A stretch of 64,000 nt of DNA, taken from Candidatus Omnitrophota bacterium. Lineage in GTDB: Bacteria; Omnitrophota; Gorgyraeia; 2-02-FULL-51-18; JAGOUK01. The notes under the pieces were generated by a model. That model was not told the origin of the DNA. It saw only the letters and a program-made list of their open reading frames with translations, and searched no databases. How positions within the stretch are numbered: position 1 is the first letter of the stretch; each line of letters starts with the position of its first letter. This document shows, piece by piece, positions 20,804 to 29,800 of this stretch. Location of the stretch: contig JBLINS010000003.1 in assembly GCA_047639455.1 (NCBI GenBank), positions 3 through 64,002 of the forward strand. The letters run 5' to 3'. The translations under genes and the position numbers were made by a program.

Positions 20804-23800
20804 ATGATTAATAAGAACCCAATCATTAAAAGAACGACTCAGAAGAAGTTTCTTAGGGGCATGGCTCAAACACTAATACTGTGCCTATTTATTCAAGAGT
20901 TTGCTTATGCTGCTCCAGAACTTTTGAAAAAGGATATTGGGTCATGGGTCTCTGTAGCTAGCCAAAAGCAAAAAAGTTTAAAATGGGCCAAAAAAATCCT
21001 TCCAAAAATACCAGGATCTGTGGCGAGTATAGACGATGCCTGGAAGAGCAGCGTCAGCGTAAAAGAGCGCGACGACATGACATTAAAAAGCAAGATTGCC
21101 ACGTCGCTGCTTCGTGCTTCTCGCAATGACAGGGTTGTGATTCTTATTCAAGATGCTCACACGAATGCATCCGCGCAAACAAATGAATCTAAGTTATTCG
21201 ACATTTTATTCCAAAGTAATATTATTGATACGGTTTATACCGAAGCTGCTAAGGGTAATGTTAATCTCACTTTTTTAAGAGACAAAGCGTCTTTGTACAA
21301 AAGAAAACAAATCGCCAAAGCCTATCTTCAAAAAGGCATTTTGCATGGAATAGAATATTTGGATCTCACAAGTGAACACAATTTTAAAGTAGAGGGCGTG
21401 GAAGACCCATCGCTTTATTATGAATCCATCGATGTTTACCGTCATAGTCTCAAGAAAAGAGATAAGTACAAAGCCTATCTTGGCAAAATAGAATCCACGA
21501 TTAATGTCCTCAAGCCAAAACTCCTAAACCCATATCTTTTGGAATTTCTTGAGAGCTATACCCAAGTTCAAAAAGAAGAAATATCCTTTTCAAATTACAT
21601 CGACATATTATTTGCACAAGCCCAATTATTAAACCTCAATCTCAAAGACCAGCCCAATCTTCAAAAGCTAAAAAAATTAAAAGCCATGGAAGACAAAATT
21701 GATTTTGAGACGGTCTCACTTGAACAACAACAAGCGATTCAATCCCTAAGCCCCGAAGACCAAGAAGAATTAGGTGACTTGTCTCTATCCAAGCTCACTC
21801 TCAAAGACTCTCAAAGAGGATTCTTCGCACTTCTAACAGAAAAGCTAGCCAAGGTTGAGGGAGGGCTATCCAATTATCCCAATCTCGCTAAATACCTGCG
21901 TTACCTAGAGCAGTCCAAAGATTTAGGACTTGCCGACACATTGAATGAACAGAAATTATTAGAAGAAAAGATCTTCGAGACACTAAGCGCCAATGATGAC
22001 GAAGCCAAACTACTTCTCGCACTAAAGGTGCTTCAATTCTACAAAAAATTATTCTCCCTTTCTCTAACACCTGAAGAATATGAAGCCTTTAAAAATGAGA
22101 ACTTCGCCAACCTCAAAGTCCTCACGGGTTTCTTAAACCAAAAACTCATGACCTTAAAAAAGCATTACAATAAAGCCCTATTCCTCAAAGAAGACTTTAG
22201 CGACATGGCGACCCTTAGCAAAAGATTCTACGAACTCACCTACGCCCGAGACCAAAAGTTCCTAGAAAACATGAACATACTCACAGCAAGAGAAACAGGC
22301 GACCTAAAAAGTCCGTCCTTGCGAAGTGAGTGGGCGACGAATAAGGAGCCCATGCTACGAACGGGCCGAGTCAGTGAGGCCCTAAGTAGAAAGCGACGTG
22401 GCAATCTAAGCTCTCGCAACTCAAACATATCCGCCCTAATAACCGGAGGCTACCACACCCCCAATCTAAAGCACCTGCTCAAACAAAATAACATCTCCTA
22501 TATTTCCATCACCCCCCAAGTTACCCACGAAACCAATACTCAGCGTTATGAACAAATTCTATTAAACCAACCCATTAACAACCTAGTCTTACCAGCCATG
22601 AATACCGCCACCACAAAGCATGCAATGAACCCATACCTAGCACCTAATGCCGAAGTTCCCAGCGTATTTACAAACAGATTTTTATCTGAATTAGGAGTCG
22701 ATGGGCGGACAGTAAGTCAAGTGAGAATGGCTAAACCAAGTGAGTCGGTTTTTGGGGATTATGATTTTCCGAGCCCGTTGATTGGAGTTATGTCAGTTGG
22801 GTCGCGTCTTTATTTGGGTGCGACAAAGGATGGGGCGGAACAACATTTTGTAAAATTACCAGCGAACAAAAACTTTGCTGAGGTGATTGCTCGAGAAGCT
22901 CAATTGATTAGAGTGCTTAAATCAGATGAGCGAATAAGTCCATTAATACCTGATGTCATTCAAAGCGGAACTGCTACCGAAGATGATGTGGATTCTCTAA
23001 GTAATCTTTTTGAAGGGGAGCCATATATTATTCTTAAGAAGGCGGATGGAATTAGTGTGATTAATCATATTGAATCCATGCGTGATTCCGACAAGCCTGT
23101 AGAAGCGATTGAAGTCCTAGCCCAAATTGCTGAAGCTCTTGCTACTTTACACAACGTTACCGATCAATGGAAGGCGGTTTATCATAGAGATCTTAAGCCG
23201 TCCGACATATTTATTAATAAGAAGGGCTCAGCATGGTCTGTGCAATTCATTGATTGGGGGCTATCCACCATTGAAGGTCAGAAATTGGGTAAGACTATCC
23301 AAGATTTTTCTGAAAATGCATTATCGGATGTCGACATGGGAGATAGCGGACGCCGCCTAGATTATGCGGGTACAGATTCTTATTCTGGCAAAATTTTGGA
23401 TAAGCCTTTATTACGTGACTTGCGGGCATTTGTTGCAATTGTCAGAGATTATGCCTATATTCTTGGCGACAACAAGGCTGGATACTTATTAGACGATTTA
23501 TTAAAGCGGAGAGCATCTTACCCCACAGCTCAGAGTTATGCGAATGTCTTGCAACAATTTCTAATAGAAAATAAAGATTCCACCACTTCCACAAGCTCCA
23601 TGGCAAGTAAACCCGATTCACCAATAGATGATACCCAAGCATCAAATTTGGACAGCAATGCGGTGAGAATGGCGGATTCCGAGCCAGTTTATATTAATTT
23701 AGCGTGGGCTTGGTCAATGGTAAAAACTTTTTTAAATAAATATAAACCTGATTATGCGAGTAGGTTAGATGCACCAAGGTCAATTCCGTTTGATATTGAT

Positions 23801-26800
23801 TTAATTTTATCTCCTGAGTCTAGACAGCTGATTCCGCCTTCCAATATGGATGAAGAGATTTTAGTCATACTTATAAAGGATGTTTTATCAAATGCTTTTG
23901 TTGAGCCAGACGATGGTCGTGTAAGAGTGAGTTTTGAGCAGAATGAGGACAAAACGCTGGTGACCTTGAAGATTGAGAATCAAAACCCAATTGATTATGA
24001 CCAACTCATGTCACGCGCAAAAGAAGCATTGGATAATAAGCAGCTTTATATAAATGATTTAAGTCCTCATAGATTAGAGGTGATTCTACCGACCGACCGC
24101 TCGGAATACAGTGCTGAAGAATGGCAGAATTTGCAATTAGTTGATAGCGAGGAGAAATTTCTAAAGGTACTTGGGGAACTCGGAGGAAAAGAACGCCTGC
24201 CGTTTATCATTGGTTTGAGCAGAGGTAAAGAAATGGATCCAGTTTTGGGTGGAGGTAAAGGTGTTGGTTTGGCAATGATTCACGATGTAACATCAGTACT
24301 TGGAAGTGTCTTTAATCTTGAATCCAATGCTGATATCGGAACGCGTGTTTCAATCAGCTTTGCAACAAGACCTCCGAGTAGCGCGAGGATGGTGCGGCGT
24401 ACTGCTGCAGTAACTCGAATTGAGAAGTCTAAAGAGATTTTGGAGAAGGTTGAGCGAACACACACGCAGACTGGTTTGGTGAGGTGGGTTAAGAAATTGG
24501 AGCAATTACAGGGTTCGGGGATAGAGCGGGGTGTGAAAGATGTCTTTAAGTATGGCAAGGGTGATGAGGGAGCTAAATTAGAATCAGCTAAGCGATTAGT
24601 TAGGTTGTTTCATGTGACTTGGAGAGCGGATGGTAGTCCTGAGGGGGTATTGCCTGAAGTTAACGCTAGGGGTGATGGGCGAGTTAGAAATGCACTTTTG
24701 AGGAAGTATTCGGCTGAACGTATTGAAAAGGGAATCAAAAATGTTCGAGAAGAACTTTTGGAGCCGAGTGGTGAGAGAGAAGCGCCAGTTGTTAATCTTT
24801 CTAAAAAAATAAAAGTGCTTAAAGATTTTAAAAAAGACAGTGGTATTGATATTGATTTGATCGCATCTATTGAGTATAAGACCCACACAGGCCGCCCCAC
24901 CTTAACCGGATCTTTTAAACGTCGCCAATTCATTAATTTCTTTCTCGAAAATATTGAGAAATTTCAACTCAAGAACCCTAAGCGCATCAAGCAAGTATTT
25001 ATTAATTCCTCAGGTAATGCTATTCAAGGGCTTTTGTTCACAGTTAAAGTGCTTAAAGAGACTGGGTTACTTCCAAAAGACTTCACGGTTGTGATGGTTG
25101 CGCATGATAATCTTGATCCCACCAAGAAAAAGAAAATAGAAAAAAAATACCCTGGTGATTTTGAAGAAATCTTATTCATTGGTGACTTCATTGAACAAGC
25201 CAAAGAACTTGGTGATGTATTGCCGGCGGATAAGACAGATAAGGAGCTTCACAAAGAACTCGAGGATATTAATGCACTTCTTCGTTATATAGACCTTTAT
25301 GTGGCTAGTTATAATAAAAAGAATCCTAAAGCACCTATAGCACATGTATTACCTTCCAATGGAGAGAGCATGGCTTTGGGAGGTGCAAGTATAGCTAGAA
25401 ACCTGCGCGATGGAGCTAAGAAATTAGGCTTAGGTGAAATAGACACTATTATCGAACCATTAGGCGGCGGTGGACCTATAGCCGGTGCTGGCATTGAGGC
25501 TTATTGGTATAAAGAAGAACATGACCACGATACTAAGGTGGTTGGTGTCACATCCAATATCACCGTTTCAGCCCTAGCAGATGGTATGGCCATTCAAGCA
25601 CCTCAATCCGAAGCTATGGCCGCACAAAGAGCATTAGGTTCAGAGGCTGTTGCTTTTGAGCGTGTACCTGAAAAATTCTTCTACAAAGCATGGGTAGATT
25701 TGCAAGATGCGGGTTATGATGCCGAGCCCACTTCAGCAGCATCATTAGCCTATATTTATTGGATTATGTCCGACCCATCCAAATGGCATCTCCTGAAGCA
25801 TGAGGATCCCAAGAAGAAAAAAGTCATCGCCTTTATGCTCAGCGGCTCCAATTATTCCAAATCAACCTTAAAACACGCCAGAAAAATTTATAAAACAGAA
25901 AATATGAGTGGCTATGCCTATATTAAGGCGCAAGCACCAGAGAAGCAAAAAACTAAAGGTGTGAGGATGACCATACCTGCAGATGCAGAGATCTTGAAGG
26001 TGTTTAGCGATAGCCGAGCAGAAGTATTGGATAGATTAGTTAATGATGAGGTTGAAGGTTTGATTTTGGATATCGAAGGCAATCAATACTTGGTTGACAG
26101 CTCTCTTGGGAGAGAGAATTTTGCGGCATGGGTTATTGTAGATGGTGCTGTGCAAGAACAAAAAGTAGTTTTGAAATTCACCAAAACTCCAGGAGAAGCT
26201 GTGAGCACCAAAGCATATCACGAGTTCAGACAACAACTTCCTCCAGATCAGGTAAACGAATCTTTGGATATATTTGTGGATGTTTTGGATATATTTGTGG
26301 ATGTTTTGGATGTATATGATGAGGGTATTGATATTGTTGTCATGGAATACATTGAAGGCACAATGCTTAATGAAATAGATGATACTCAAAAACAATTGGA
26401 GCATTTGTCCTCTGCGTGGAAGGTCTTGCATGTGAATCACCAAGAGTATGGACTGTTTCACGGTGAACCCGTTGCCAAAAATATTATTGTGACCCCAAGT
26501 GGTGATGAACGTCTAATCGATCTTGATGACATTATTGTTTTAGGAGCTCAGCCTGATATTGAGAAATTTGACATATCAAACAAGTATGCGGATATTTATT
26601 ATGCTGGACAAGCTATTTTGGAATTATTTGAAATTCACTTACTAGGCGATGAGTCAGCTTTAAAGGATGCAGTAACCGAAGTGAATAAGCCATTTGACCC
26701 CGATGTAGCTAAATTTGACGTCACTGTTGATGTCGCTAGGTCAAAAGCGCCACAGGGAATCATTGATATTGTCCAGAGAACCTTGCCTGTTAAAGGCAAT

Positions 26801-29800
26801 AATGCCTACAGATCAATAAAACAAATCTACACAGACCTCGACGCTTTAATAATGACCCCAAATTGGGATAAGGACCCTAATGTGGCAACAACTTTTTCAT
26901 TAGGAGCCAAAGTTGTTCACGAGGACCAAGCTTGGAGGGAAGGTGCTGTCGACGCCATTGAAGGCGCAACTGTTTGGGTGGATTTTGGCAATGAACGAAA
27001 TGGTTATGGCAATAATGGCGCTGGCCTTTCACATGTAGATGTAAGTGAATCATTACCGGGAAGCACTACACGGATGGCTGTTCAAAAACCGATTGTTGAT
27101 ATGAGGCCAGATGCTGATAGGGTGAAAGCGCTTATTGAGGCTCAAGGAACGCCGCTATTACAAAGGCTTATGGCCTTTCTTATGCGGCATATGACCTATA
27201 TCACGCAGGCTGTTTTTGAGGAAAAGCTAGAGCTGTCTGTAGAACAATTTAATAATAATAATGAACGTGAGTTTGCTGTTGCCATTATTGATAATGTGTC
27301 GCCAGATGATACTAGTGGAGTTATGAAGAGTAATGGTTGGACATATCAAATAGCTAGAGGTATGGGGTTGAGGGCTCCAAAAGAAGAGATTTCGGCTACT
27401 AAAGCGTCTTTGCATACACACACAACTGATTGGTTAAAAAAGCCTGAAAATAGAGCTGTGAACGACGTGCTTTTTATTGACGATGCAGCCTACTCTGGGA
27501 GACAAATTGAGGATTGGCTGGATAAAGTAGCCTTTGCATTATCAACTGAGGAGGAATTCGTACAAAGGACTATTACAATTCATTTAGCCATCCCTTTTAT
27601 GACAAATAATGCCAAGGATAAGTTAGAAAATTTAGCGCAAAAGTTTAATGACCACGTGCAAAGGCAAGTATTAGAAATTCAGTTCTATGATCAAGTTATT
27701 ATGAAAAATCTGGACGAAATCCTTTTAGCAGCCGAGGAGGATGTAAGGGAAGAGTTTGGTAGGATTTTTAGCTCTGATTTTAAAAAGCCACTAACGTATT
27801 TTGAGCATATAAGACCCGATTATTATTCAACCCCATATCCAATCTCTAAGGGGCAATTTAGTTTGATGGAGGGCTTGGTATTTGATGCAGCTGGTGAAGT
27901 GACGCATACAATTCCAATTATGCCACCCATCTCCAAAAAACCGTATGACAGAGATTATTTAACCTGGATTCAAAAAAATATTTTAGGTGGAGAATGGGAT
28001 TCAAGAGTCGATAAAGCCTCAGAGATCGCGCTTAAGTTTGATGATGCTCTTTCAGAGGCTGAACAATTTGAGGAGCGAAAGGCAGGGGTTCGAGATCAAA
28101 TTATCCAAAGAGCTTTAGCTTTATTGGAGGACGAGTCTTTGGATCCTGGATTAAAAGACAATCAATTTAAAGGTGAGGCTGAAAATGCGGTGACACCTGC
28201 TTCGGTGGTTAGGCGGAGTTTGGGAGAAGCTTATCAAAATGCCACTTATAGATCTGTTAAGGGATCTCAAGATGAAGTGCGTGTTTCGGCCTCAATCCTA
28301 GATGATGTGGTCGAAATTAAGGTTTCTAATCCAGGCGTATTGAGAACTAAGGGTGGATCGGAAAATAATGAGGAGCCGAATGATCAGGCTAGGTTCCAGC
28401 AATTGATTAATTTTGGAAGTTTGATAACTTTTGATGCGGCTACAGCTTTTATGGCTCGGCTCATTTCCGATGATGCCAATCAGAGTCAACTTGGCATGTC
28501 CATATTAGCGCATATGATGACCATTCTTTATCCTGCAGATCTATATCCCGATGCATCCTATAGACCCAATCAACTCATAAGACTTGAACCAAGTGGAGAT
28601 CGAACAGAGTTCATCCTCAAATTACCCTTACAACCACTCCGTGACAGACAAGCCAGAATTCTCGACTCTGAAGAACATGCGCGAATGTCAGAGAATGAGG
28701 CCTTGGATGAATTGCTGCCCGCAGCACAAAAGACAAAGCTTAAATCCGAATTAGATCCCAATTCAGACTTACCAGGTGATGACAACTTACCTGGATTAAG
28801 AATGTCTGCCCTCGCTCCAAAAGACATGTCTGTGGAAAAATTTAAGGAATTATTTGCACCAGTTGATACGAGTCGAACATTCACGACTTTATATAACGGC
28901 ATTGGTAGTTTTGATGCAGAGACTGTTTTGACACCTGATGGGGATAAGGATGCTTATTTAGAGTTTGAGCTTAAGGATTCAGGTAAGAAGTTTTTTGGTC
29001 AGCTTTTGGCGAGTGAGATGTTACAAAATGACGTTGATGGACTTATCACGGATACTTTGAGGGATTCACCTGAAAGAATTATGGAGGGTAGAGCCAAAAT
29101 TCTAGCGCATAAACAAGGTGATTATTATTATCCTTATGGCATACTTTTTTTCATGAAAGGTAGCCCACCGACATTGTTAACAACTGTGGATTTTTTCACA
29201 CCGTCAAAAATGGCAAGTGATCGTTATGAGGTAATGCATACAGCCGCTAAGAGTTGGGTAGATACGCATATCGCCCGAAATAACTATATCAAATTAGATG
29301 GCAACAAACTTTATGGGACTTTTGATTTTTCTCGCAGAGTTCAAGTTTTGGACAAAGCTAAAGTGAAAGTTCAAATGATTGAGGGTCACAGGATAGAGTC
29401 GAATATGCCCTGGCGCGATTATCTTGATAAAGAGATATCTGAAGACGATAGAAATTCCTCTCAGCATTTAACTTTATTAGCCCTTACGCGGACTATGCCC
29501 GGAGGTAATTCATTTCCTGTGATGATGGCGCCCGATGACGACTTCAGTGTTGATTGGCAAGAGTTGGTGGGTGAGTATTTAGAACGTAATTCTATTGCTG
29601 GGCAAGAGGTGTCTTTGGCCGGAAGCGGGAGTGGCGTTGATGTTGTTCAATTATTTAAAGCGGGAGCCAAGACTGTGCACGCGACGGATTTATTTGATGC
29701 GAATGTATTAATGACCGAAGTGAATGTTCAATTCGCTAAAGATCTTGGCTGGATAGACAAATCAGCAACTCTTTATGCGACAAAGCAAAATGGAATAGCC

